Virus record (IMG/VR): IMGVR_UViG_3300010885_064671
DNA length: 64,000 nucleotides
Origin: a virus
Reading direction: 5' to 3' (one strand)
Below are positions 52,701-61,666 of this stretch, piece by piece. The notes under the pieces were generated by a model that saw only the letters and a program-made list of their open reading frames with translations, was not told the origin of the DNA and searched no databases. The number at the start of each line of letters is the position of its first letter. Position 1 is the first letter of the stretch. The position numbers and the translations under genes were made by a program.

Positions 52701-52936
52701 CCATTTGCATCCTGCAAAATACCCAATTCATTTGCATAAAAAAAATTAGTTTCATTTTGAGTAAGTATCTTATTTTCGGCTATTGTTTCAGATGTGTCTA
52801 ATATCTTAAGACTATCTTTAGGATTAGGCTCGCTATTAACAAAGTACGCAAGCCCCACACCATTAAGTGGTATTATATTTCCTACCTTGACTGCCTTCTC
52901 AAGCCCTAGGGTAGTTATATTTTCAAACGCTTTCAT
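46736..52936 (-). CDS. Very large virion structural protein (2066 aa)
   Basis: Continuous ORF; no in-frame CGG found; internal peptidoglycan-binding-like stretch around TYTAALSTAVKTFQTKC...GVVDSETKSLM. Confidence 0.6.
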   Translation of the reverse strand: MKAFENITTLGLEKAVKVGNIIPLNGVGLAYFVNSEPNPKDSLKILDTSETIAENKILTQNETNFFYANELGILQDANGNTNFHTKDLTISDTQLSNNYTTERLFPDKINETDFLHFYYVSRFFIAAPAGYSITDMSDYNDMSFYKNVNIRVLDSQNQEYVDKNTGRKKYKILLDPYITEKNSTNVEIPYRVVVCLDASNPINLKLVYDKVECDKYGLVISQNLRYMETINAVNYYNETAEEASVISKNNNKVFSVKKFNKKYSEIFSHNLDYSSYQVFVPRKALFDNRNYEAFNWRLVARVNQPVNFDIVDNSANAEASGAIKQRVVNVGVLYDSLDTTSLENIKPYIFYRLQKSSFNLSNYIFQNPNVENATWVQSIEGSKPEKNNAYYWMVDINAVSNLNEFDVLAFCPTKELSEHASNVIKEFVTIKNGTLIVDASNYPGGKPFVFSEIKIKSEDIATQVVEQYVDYVESSVLDEKTTGGWNIDPSIFNNETYGVYGIKKTKFRKIDTLDFSKVFLKVGLSSTSYGAAGATFSFASTGDKLNQGNIIFTSFSFLEYCNSVYRMSELVNVANANVDLSSYEQDDYGQMPGFVEGPFKLLYNSVLYGLYSRSQATRLVDVRSSLYNFVGPWESSWVMDESALLDDEKTKYFTNMPLLINSLSESPQYPINYARDLISEDDSIKKYYLKKVSETLPSSVAAHLYNDSVIDNSTDFYIEITNSDVIASTPSSIGSLSTIKITNVVLENFPSIYSLYKIPDKNQKLFAFTEKKSNNIQIPEGYGPYALREIGEYKVGGSRSINTSISPASYFKSYPFRFATKYSRISTEERVIAFNGVQKTRLNLIYKGTGEMRSVKVYGFVTRNHSGVNSLIQSHDSVTTPAGSETTTPGETVTTGGANVIDVPCTSIFSGKESILTDISNVNYKNFNYTWDIDVAQDGYPVATWRVGAKHPYVRYIKIIMHVAGLYKMLLKAEDNNTYTAALSTAVKTFQTKCSTGNVIGGAAGLVPRIKLLYPPDGVVDSETKSLMAYVLKFWQQHEPQYYQRVVDLAGQYAIPQFPAAVFKQIDVSEINSGSPFRRISFTGNVSNSPSTVEDFIFFSIPQPEKYEKVKKIRITLDEAPWNKVVALTYGYSSTDPTQGGTKKIAAASVHTSYKIHKTLNKAPVNSVIEIDPSSVSTKDCRYVYVRLQTNGKQLGGKYGTLAEGFGIKAITADMVTAQLTIRLPDTITPGAPSTTTTPPDDVTNTLFNDKKIYQAFPDIVAPESDELASFWLTDENGYPDKNLSWSNGKLVCISDKYLLYATLPDKFYGWSNADGKWTENIINLFSVNSVDGSTQITSVVKTITEQSRTIGYKDIVSTADVYINAIADLTENFSNLSSMNSLSIEYNQKYLSGKNVLLRSISYSYLGKKYFKTFDTPIIANNTALNQLVNNLVQQNTAEINNIINNGITVDFSQPSSVTLDKDTSVELSNVTSSIGSTAISPATAITTTYHGDIPNPIQGGVVQCTGVKLSTSATYYSNSKTYISEEEIIDNYSLITVAGQNIEKVSSITSNDGVVLLCDSSGKPIGIPSPENVRAGIVTAAVSDPSKKFDINYGYVSITNKLLEENGFIYGFYDKKEKEFIGKLVTYGELITRGINNIYISAMAFDADGNVDTLINYVGAQSTNSFKPVTINPKMIAPVYSVKYNNSSAIKIVDMNESVGKNEAWPLKVSVGSFNKEITLSNKHIFTDWKSKYINQTLYCTYDTSVGSFSENFSRIYGRGCKDIVNEIPIVISSKKIKLRHFPILSVAVPVEKDTDTLIPAIVPVVDVYIRADQTSSWVKIPRTEILDIDAENGYIEFDNQIISSNENLIKVNYTIKDTAAWIYQVEGQEVPLNTFLNSKTIDENKPIYIYLLPTKIDINDTPMHISDNTKNDALISGRKPLINYVNSYPVHFTYDFNIFDQYSYSYNPIALMLGVVYISNSDKKSSVNIYDIRVRGGGITADAQSRVSMDSIHGSDTYWDMYSINPKAYPRGGYTVIRMPDSVKDNFNDIQEIYDIVNRNITAGVSFEIQNPDAITWSTKTYE

Positions 52937-55900
52937 TAACTTTCCTCATAACCTATTATTGTATTTGGAGTAGCAATTACATTCGGAGTTGAGCCGAATA
53001 ACCCCATCTGATACTGGCTGTAATAATCTATGGGAACCCATGTTGGTGGGACCCAATTCAACTCGCCATAAGGAGTAGAGCTATCTTCTTGATCTATTAT
53101 ATTATATGTAAAGTTTGGAGTCGCAATTATACTTGGGTCATTACCTATACTCTTATAGTAGGAAGGCAATACTGTTTCTTCATTTAAATATTGGATGTTA
53201 TCAAATCTTTCATACCAATAAGATATGTCCCCATATATTGTGTTAGGAGTTGCCGATGGCGTAGCTGCCATCTCCGTTTCTACTGTCACAAACCAATATC
53301 CTGGATCATTCCTAACCTGAGAATAAAATGGACCTATAGAAAACTTGCCCCCAGGTGCCGAAACGTATCCAGAATCTAGGGTTCTGCCTGGAGTTGCGGC
53401 CTGATTTTTATACCCTACATCATTCAATGCACCGTGGAAACTTCTTGCCTTTCTCCAATAAACTATCGGTGTAGATGCCGGAGGTATATTGTTTGAGGAT
53501 AAATAGCCCTTAATGTAATTTTCGCTAATCCCATCTGACTCGATCATACCTTTTGACGCTACTGCTTTTAGTGAATATTCTGGTATATAGTTTTCTATAA
53601 ACTCTATATTCGAACCAAAAATAAATGTATTAGCTTCGCTATTGACGTGAGCAAGTGGGTCTGGGTAAGATAAACCTGAAACTAAAATTGAAGCAAACAT
53701 TTCACTAGTAGAAATACCAACAAATCTTAATTTTGTTTTAGCTAAACCAAATTCATCAGTTGTTAGATATTCTTCTTCCACATCCAAAAGATCACTTGAT
53801 ATCCTAAATGTTTGATATGGCTTAAAATTCCCAGCCACGTCATAAGATCTAATCAATAGATATATTATATCATCTATGTTTTTGGATATAGTTTGTGGAG
53901 ATAAAGTAACAATTGCCGTACCAAAATCATATTCATCTTTAGAAAGATATACATACCCTTCTTCTATCGGAAGATCTGAAGTGTTTAAATTTATCCCTAA
54001 AGGTGTAGAATGCTCTTGCAGTGCAGATTCGTATGTAATCTTATATGTAGAGTTTACTGATGGAGTAGCTGAGAAATATATTTTAGCATTATAAGATTCG
54101 CTAGCGTGAGAATAGTTATTTCTATCTACATAAAAAGCTCTAGATAGATTATAGCTTACTGTATATTCTCTGCCTGGTACTATTATACTCCCGCCAGTAG
54201 CAGCACTATTGTATATCATCAACTTATTAAGAGCTTGCGAATACTTATCTTGTCCACTAGCAATGAAGTCTGAATCTATCGAAATATAAAATTCACCGTC
54301 TAAGTAAAATGGTATATAACCTGTAGTGCCAGGCGTAGAAGACTGGGAAGCTATAGACCATATATAAAACTCTGGATTTAATGGAGATCTAGTTAAGATC
54401 TTTCCAGTATAATTATCTTTTATTGTTATATCTTTTATTGCTGTGTGTGCGAGATATAGGGCTGATTCATTAGAGCCAATAAGAATTTCCTCATTTGAAA
54501 ATACTACATTTCCAGGTGTAGCTGGATCCGAAAATGCCATTTCATTCATATCAAATTGTATATCATTTTCTTGCACATCAACCAATATTGGTGCACCATG
54601 GGTAGGCACATTGTTTAATTCTAACCCAAAATATTTACCAAAATAAATTTCCACAATTGGTTTAGAGTAAACATAATAATCATCTTCTGCGAGATTTAAC
54701 CAACCAGTATTCATAGAAATTGGATTCGTACCCGATACCTGTGTTATGTCTCCAGCATATCCCTTCCCAAATTCTGCGTATACATCTACGGGGCTAAAAT
54801 AATATACGTCATTAGATGAATCGTAAATTTCCCTTATAATTTTAGATGAATTTTCATTATATCTTAAAAGTATACTTGAATCTCTAAGAACAGATTTTTG
54901 AGAAGTTCTTAAAACAATGTCTTTATTATTGGTTACAGGCTCAATTTCGGTTATAAGATACTGGTTATTTGATTCCGGGACTAAACCAAAATCCTCCCTA
55001 TTAAAAGAATATGTATCTAGGAATGTATCCCTCTTATTCAAATCAAATGGGCTATTTGTTTCGTCTACATTTTCGGTATTCTTATAAACATTCCCCAGAT
55101 AATCTAGATAGCCTTTAATCATAGGTGTTGTTCTTAATTCACCATCATCTATCGGATACCATATAGCATCTTTGAATGGATAATTAGGTGTTGAACTTAA
55201 ATTATTAGTTATAGCTAGAGTATGCGGCAAAGATGAATAGTTGAATGTGGCGGACTCAAGGTAGCCGGAATATATAGGATTAGTTAGAGTATGATCTGTA
55301 GCAGCATAGGAATTGATTACAATGTTTGGGGAAGATGGAACGAAATAATCTGTATCTAACAATGGGTAATAAGATCTACCCCCATATTTTAACGGTTCAC
55401 TAACCGCGATATCCACCGGTTGAGATTGCCCTATTATTATATCTGCAGGAGTAAAAACTGGTAGCGAATTTATTTTTTTGCCTTCTATTATTAGATTAGA
55501 AGGAGTTGCATCGGTAGGAATTAACAGATTTTTTACCAGATCAGACACTAGCAATGTTTCATCTTTAGTTATATATGGATCATTATCTGAATTTAAAATA
55601 ATATTTTCTTCTACAATATTTGAATAACCAATTATCTCTTTGGTGCCGTAAACAGTAGATCCTATTTTAAAATTAGAATTAACATAATTTATATTTGGGG
55701 TAGTCTTAGATATATATGAACCAGAAGTTGGGTTACGCGAGTATGCAACAGATTGCTCATCAAAGCCAACTCTATATTGGCCGGTTGGAACTGCTACATA
55801 AGACTGAGTATTTACATCCCATTTAACTTTGTTAACAATTCTTACCGAAGATGCTTTAGATATATCTATAGAATTATTAACTGGTGTGGCTAAAGAATTT

Positions 55901-57817
55901 TCATATGTATAATCATATCTTTTTTCTTTAAACGACAAATTTTGTCCAGTAAAATTATTTGAATCAACAATTTTTATATAGTTATATTCAGGGCTTGCCG
56001 AATCCGTTTGTAGATAATTATTATAAACGAAAAAATCTTCTCTATCATTATAATCCAAGTTAGCATAGAAGCTTGATGGTGTTGAATACTGATTGTGCGC
56101 TGGCATATATATCTCATAGACCAAAGCTACACCAGCATTAAACGGAGTTGCAGAGTTTGGGTTTGAAACATGTGGATTAGCTACAGTTTTATAATGCTGT
56201 GCCTTGTAGTTGTAATCTATCCTTATGGGCATGTAGTAGTCGTCAAAGCCTTCTGTTTTAAAGCCGCTGGCCTCAAAGTAACCTTCAAAAGAAACAGTCG
56301 AAGAATCCTTAGATACTATATCAATTTTTAGATCATCAAAATCACCAACACCAGCCTGGAAGTACTCCCCGAGTGGCGTAGCATTATCATATACAGCTGG
56401 TATATATCCAATACCCTCACCATTCAACCCTGCATAGTCCCATATGCCTTCGGACCAATCTATGTAGCCTATGTTTGAAGGATATGTTTCATTTATATAT
56501 TTTACAAAATCATAGAATCTTTTCTCTGCGACACCAGAATCCGAAAAATAAGGTGTCGAAGATTCAATGTCGCTTATCTCTAATATTTCAGGAGTAGCAC
56601 CAGCATAGTTGGAATCTGGAGTTGCACCATACGCTCTCCATATATCCAATTCTCTTCTTAGGGTTCTCTTAAATCCCTCTTTGCTTACTGATGGAGGATT
56701 GTTGTAAGTGTCTAGTATTCTTTTTTTAAAATTCGAATTACCCTCTAAATATAATCTATTAAGACCAACGCGTGCACCTAGCTCATCAAATATATTAAAT
56801 AATAGAATTGGTTCCTGATGATATAGAGAACCATCTATATTTAATGAATCAAATTCTTGTAAAGTTACTATTTGACTATCTATTATATTATGATAAAAAA
56901 TATAATCTGTTACCCTAGATGAATTAAACTTTTCTACAGAAGAAACCCTAGCTAGTACTATGCCATCCCCAACAAAGCTCAAAGACCCAGCAGGAATTTT
57001 GTATGATACATATCCCCAAGCTGGGATATTAAGATCAGACGTACCTAAAAAATTATTTAAATTATATATATCAAGTTGAGTATTAAAATCATCTAGATAA
57101 TGACCAACTAATGAATTAACAAACTTACCGCCTACGGTTATAGGAGTAGCTAATTCTGGAGTTGCTTGCTCTATGGAATCCTCATAGATGTCTGTCCATG
57201 TTGGGAATTTTTTTAGAATGCTCCTAGCGTAATCGGAAATTACCGGACTAGAGATATCATTTATCGCTACATTTATATATAGCAAAAGACCCAAAGAAGA
57301 AATGTCTTCTACGTCAGAAAATATTTCTAATTCTATTTTAATATATTCTTTTGAATTTATTAAAAATATTGAATTTGATTCAGAACTTAAAGTAGAAGTT
57401 ATCCAAGTCCCAGATAAGCCAGTATCTGATTCGTAAATTTGTAAATTAAATGTTGGTTGCTGAACACCCGGATTATTGGTGAACGCATGTTTAAATGAGA
57501 TTATATCTACGGATGAAGATGTATCTATAAAGCGTAAATCTGATGGACTTGCACCATCCCTAACCACTTCGCCGTAGTTAGTTACGTATGAAGCATTAGA
57601 AGAAACAGGTGTAGCGTGGTGGCCAGAAAAATTGGGTGAAGAAACTTCAGTCCCAACAAATGTATAATCTCCGGATTAAGTTTAAACCAGTTTTAGATCT
57701 ATCGTTAGAATAATTCTTATAGAACTTATTGTTGTACAAGTTGATAGAACCAGTTGTCCATTTATTTCCATTTTTTACAAAGTCTCCGCTTCGGAAACCT
57801 AATAGATACTGTTTCAT
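52936..57817 (-). CDS. Large tail/baseplate protein requiring a +1 shift at CGG 57671..57673
   Basis: MKQYLLGFRSGDFVKNGNKWTTGSINLYNNKFYKNYSNDRSKTGLNLI|GDYTFVGTEVSSPNFSGHHATPVSSNASYVTNYGEVVRDGASPSDLRFIDTSSSVDIISF...; length 4882 = 3n+1. Confidence 0.75.
57671..57673 (-). other. +1 frameshift site: ATC CGG AGA -> ATC (C) GGA GAT
   Basis: Zero frame stops after AGA TTA TAC ATT TGT TGG GAC TGA. Confidence 0.8.
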
Positions 57818-57842
57818 TACTTGTTCTCTCTAATTTTTTAGT

Positions 57843-59087
57843 TTAATTTAACCAAATAGAATACTCTGAAGTTACCCCATTTTCTGGATGTACAAACATT
57901 AAGTGCTGACAAGGTCTACTCATGGACGAGAAGTACTCCTGAGCATACGTGTTATAGCTTTCTGGCGACCCAGAAATTCTAAGAGTAGAACTACCCAATG
58001 TATATTTTGCTTGAACGTGATAATGCCCCATGAAGACGTCATCGAAATGTTCAGGTATTGCTCCATCTTTCCAGCCAAAAACTTTTACCTTATAAGGAGA
58101 AATTGAATTAGGATGTGGCAGCTGATCACCATGGATTAAGAGGGTTGAGTAATTGCCGATAGTATCTATCGCATACCAATTTCTTTCTCCTTTACCATCC
58201 GGAATATTAAAAGTAATTCTATCTTCCGCAGAAAACATAAGTTCAGTTATCTTATATAGCAATCTGTCCATGTTGGTTTCTGGGTCATGTTGTTTTCTGG
58301 CCCTACCACCAACCGCACCATGATTACCTATAACACCAGTAACGCGAACTGTTTTAAAATTTTCTAATGCTGTTTTAAAAAACTTGCCCAATATTCTTGG
58401 TCCATTTATTCCGACCTGTCTGTATAGGCCAGAATCTATCAGGTGACTTTGTCCAGGAAATATCTCTTCTCCCTCGACTATGTCGCCCAGCATCCAGACA
58501 TGCAAATCGTCTACGTTGTGATCCATACGCTGTATCTCTGTTATCTCTAGCAGCTTCTGCGTATACAGCTCTATGCGCTCTTCTAAGACGTCAGAATTGT
58601 AATCTGGTGTTATCTTACCCATTTGCCAGTCACCGAATACCACAACTGCGGTTTCAGACGACTTATGTTTACTTTGCTTAAGTACTGGTGGTTTAGTCTT
58701 GGGCATTTCGAAATTAGCGAATGCATCAAAGGCGGCTTGGTATGCTACTGAAACAACTTCCTGCTGGACATTCTTCAGCGCATCTACTCTTCTTGCTAAT
58801 CTTTTATTTTCAGATCTTAAAAATTCATTTCTTGAATCGGATATAGAATCAGAATCTATCATATCTTCATCTAAGTCAACTTCTGGATCTAAGTATATAG
58901 ACTGCTCATAAGATGAATCTTTATTTCTAATGTAATCGGCTATATCTTGTTCTGCTATTTCTTCTACTGAAATGGATTCACTTAATACGTCTCCATGACC
59001 CTTGTCATCAAAAATCAAACTTTTAGCTTGACCAACGTTTGGGGCGCGAACTATATGTGTTTTAGTAATAACAAAATTCTTCTTCAT
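57843..59087 (-). CDS. Calcineurin-like metallophosphatase
   Basis: VVVFGDWQMG, MLGDIVEGEE, VIGNHG, LLIHGDQ, MGHYH. Confidence 0.8.
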   Translation of the reverse strand: MKKNFVITKTHIVRAPNVGQAKSLIFDDKGHGDVLSESISVEEIAEQDIADYIRNKDSSYEQSIYLDPEVDLDEDMIDSDSISDSRNEFLRSENKRLARRVDALKNVQQEVVSVAYQAAFDAFANFEMPKTKPPVLKQSKHKSSETAVVVFGDWQMGKITPDYNSDVLEERIELYTQKLLEITEIQRMDHNVDDLHVWMLGDIVEGEEIFPGQSHLIDSGLYRQVGINGPRILGKFFKTALENFKTVRVTGVIGNHGAVGGRARKQHDPETNMDRLLYKITELMFSAEDRITFNIPDGKGERNWYAIDTIGNYSTLLIHGDQLPHPNSISPYKVKVFGWKDGAIPEHFDDVFMGHYHVQAKYTLGSSTLRISGSPESYNTYAQEYFSSMSRPCQHLMFVHPENGVTSEYSIWLN

Positions 59088-59105
59088 GACCCGACCTATT
59101 CTAGG

Positions 59106-60272
59106 CTAATAATTTGATGTTCCCATTATAACAGAATAAATAGAAACTGCACCAGATGTAGCATATATTTTATCACTTGCTGGAGTATAATCCTTTACCG
59201 GTATTTCTTTACCGCTTGCATTGAAAGAATTGATTGTAACATATTTTATGTAATCAGATGACAATCTTATCTGTCTTTCTATTTCAGCAACAGATACAGT
59301 ATCCCCTATCGTCATAGAATTTAAATATCTTTGAACAAACAGTTTAGCCTGATTATTAATCCCAGCAACAAAAGATGAAGAAGCGCTAGAAGATAGGGTC
59401 AAGGTTGCAGATACATTAACCGCTGCCTTCTCTGCTATTCTTATGTTAAATCTAACGCCTACTGGCTTTATAGATAAAATTGTATTGTAAACCATCTCTG
59501 GCATAGTTTTTATTTCTGCAGAAGATTCTGGAACAATTATAACGTCACAAGAGCCAAGCCCAAAAGAAGATTCTCTAAGCCTAACATCTCTAACGCCATT
59601 TAATCCTAGCACAGAAAATCTGACTGCTTCGACCGTACCGGATGAACGAGTTTTTAATGCAGCTATTATTCTTCTTCTGTAATTATCGTCAGACTCAGAG
59701 TTAAATATTGCATATACTTCCTTGGCGTTAAAGCAGGATATGATTACTCCAGGTGGGGCTATGACGTTGTGTCTGGTCAAAGAGCCAATAGATGCAGTAT
59801 ATGTATTATCTGTGAAATCTGGAATAACTAAACCATAGGCTTTTGTATTTGATGCTGGTATGATTGTATCGCCATTTAATTTATACTTATATTGACGAGT
59901 TACATAACTGTCAACATTGGCATATACCATTGTGCCTTTAGGAATAACTATATCTACGCTGTATGGTTTTTGGATACTAAACTCTATGTTAAATGATTGC
60001 CTTTCAGCGGCTGCGCTATTGCTTATATCCTTTCTTTTGACCCCATATAATTCACCAATTTTATCTAAGTTAAAACCCGAGGCGGTTGTTAGCCCCCCCT
60101 GCTGCAGGGTAAAAGACAGGGATGAATACAGGTCAGCTATTTCGGTCCCTATTGCGTCAGCAAAAGCTTTAGCAACAGAACCTGGTTGGACTGATGTGAT
60201 ACCAGCATTTTTTTTCAAAGACTCTAAAATAGAGTTAATTATTTCTGATTTATCTTTTGAACCGTATATCAC
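59106..60272 (-). CDS. Baseplate J-like protein
   Basis: GELYGVKRK, DIVIPKGTMVYAN, GLNGVRDVRLRE arrangement. Confidence 0.75.
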   Translation of the reverse strand: MIYGSKDKSEIINSILESLKKNAGITSVQPGSVAKAFADAIGTEIADLYSSLSFTLQQGGLTTASGFNLDKIGELYGVKRKDISNSAAAERQSFNIEFSIQKPYSVDIVIPKGTMVYANVDSYVTRQYKYKLNGDTIIPASNTKAYGLVIPDFTDNTYTASIGSLTRHNVIAPPGVIISCFNAKEVYAIFNSESDDNYRRRIIAALKTRSSGTVEAVRFSVLGLNGVRDVRLRESSFGLGSCDVIIVPESSAEIKTMPEMVYNTILSIKPVGVRFNIRIAEKAAVNVSATLTLSSSASSSFVAGINNQAKLFVQRYLNSMTIGDTVSVAEIERQIRLSSDYIKYVTINSFNASGKEIPVKDYTPASDKIYATSGAVSIYSVIMGTSNY

Positions 60273-60279
60273 TATAACC

Positions 60280-60702
60280 TCACAAACTCTGTGTAACAGA
60301 TAGTACTACTGGCTCATTGCCACTCGACATTATATGGACATCAAATCTTATACTATCGGGGCCAGTAGGAACAGCTGTAATCTGTATATTTCTTCCCTGG
60401 AATATTCCCTCTCTCTCTAGGGCCTGACGTATCAGTCTACTGCCAAGATCACCAGTTTGAGGGTTTTGAGGCATACCATAAAGTATGGATAAATCTGTAC
60501 CAAGACTTGGATAAACAAAAAAATCTCCAGGCTCAGTCATTAACCTGATATATATCTGCTGGACATCATCTGACAAGGATGAATTAGTTGTTGAGATATC
60601 CCTGGTACCGTCCACCAGTAAATCGCCAGACATTGTTAAATATAGATCAGACATTTTTATCTTTATCAGCCTTTTCTTTAGCTTGTTCATTTGTATAGCC
60701 AT
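60280..60702 (-). CDS. Baseplate wedge (gp25/GPW-like) protein
   Basis: DGTRDISTTNSSLSDDVQQIYIRLMTEPGDFFVYPSLGTDL. Confidence 0.7.
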   Translation of the reverse strand: MAIQMNKLKKRLIKIKMSDLYLTMSGDLLVDGTRDISTTNSSLSDDVQQIYIRLMTEPGDFFVYPSLGTDLSILYGMPQNPQTGDLGSRLIRQALEREGIFQGRNIQITAVPTGPDSIRFDVHIMSSGNEPVVLSVTQSL

Positions 60703-61285
60703 TTTTCATTAACTCTACAGCATACTGCATATACTCATTGGTGTGGTCCTTTAAGATATTATTAAAGAAAGACATCTGATCTGGGTTTAAACCTTCAGTG
60801 GAAATTGAAGAGGTGTACTTTTGATCATTGCTGCTTTGCTGCGAACCAAAACCATATTCCTCATTTATAGTAAGAGATTTTTGAACTTCTTTCTCCTTTA
60901 TATCTGCAAGTTTTCCAAGGTAATGGTATGCTTCATTTTGTGCGGAATGAATATTTTTAGGGTTTATCTTTACTAAAGTTGGTTGTGAATAGTCTGAAGC
61001 TGCATAATTAAAATTAAATTCGTTCCACCTTAACCCATCTTCCCCGCAAAAAAATCTAACCTTTTCAGCAAAAAATGAAATGGTGTTACTACTGGCACTT
61101 ATGACTATCCCTACGCCCGGGGCAGCAAAAATCTCTATGTCGCCCTCATCATTAAGCCTTAAGAAGGAGCTGGTATCTGGATGGGTAAGCCCAACTTCTC
61201 TTTGTGAAAATTGGCTCCTCCTATTAAGCTCGGTATCTACTGGAAAGCTGGAAACCGGCTGCGTTGGATCTGGTGTGTTTTGCAT
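60647..61285 (-). CDS. Baseplate-cluster protein
   Basis: ORF. Confidence 0.5.
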   Translation of the reverse strand: MQNTPDPTQPVSSFPVDTELNRRSQFSQREVGLTHPDTSSFLRLNDEGDIEIFAAPGVGIVISASSNTISFFAEKVRFFCGEDGLRWNEFNFNYAASDYSQPTLVKINPKNIHSAQNEAYHYLGKLADIKEKEVQKSLTINEEYGFGSQQSSNDQKYTSSISTEGLNPDQMSFFNNILKDHTNEYMQYAVELMKNGYTNEQAKEKADKDKNV

Positions 61286-61287
61286 AT

Positions 61288-61656
61288 TTATCTAGCCATA
61301 AACTTTGGTATACCTGTATTCACAACGTAATTATGTAAAAAATTTGATCCAACATTATTTTCCTCGAAATAGCTTACCACATATGCATTGTTTTCGTTAT
61401 CATCTCTAAAACCTACAAGACAACGCGTACCAGGTGCTGGGGCTACATTTTGTATACCCATAGAAGATGGGCATGGAACGTTGTTTACAATATTGCCAAT
61501 TTCTCCAGAAAATGCGTCGTCTAAAATAATAGTTGCTGAATTATTTTTTTTATCAAATTGCATTATAAGACCAGGGCGCATCTTGCTTTGGCGCATTTTT
61601 GATGCGTCAATTTGATTTTGAATTTTATTATCAAATTTTGGATATTTTATAGTCAT
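61288..61656 (-). CDS. Small OB-fold/baseplate-spike-like protein
   Basis: GLIMQFDKKNNSATIIL...APAPGTRCLVGFRDDNENNAYVVSYF. Confidence 0.45.
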   Translation of the reverse strand: MTIKYPKFDNKIQNQIDASKMRQSKMRPGLIMQFDKKNNSATIILDDAFSGEIGNIVNNVPCPSSMGIQNVAPAPGTRCLVGFRDDNENNAYVVSYFEENNVGSNFLHNYVVNTGIPKFMAR

Positions 61657-61666
61657 AAATTTCTCC

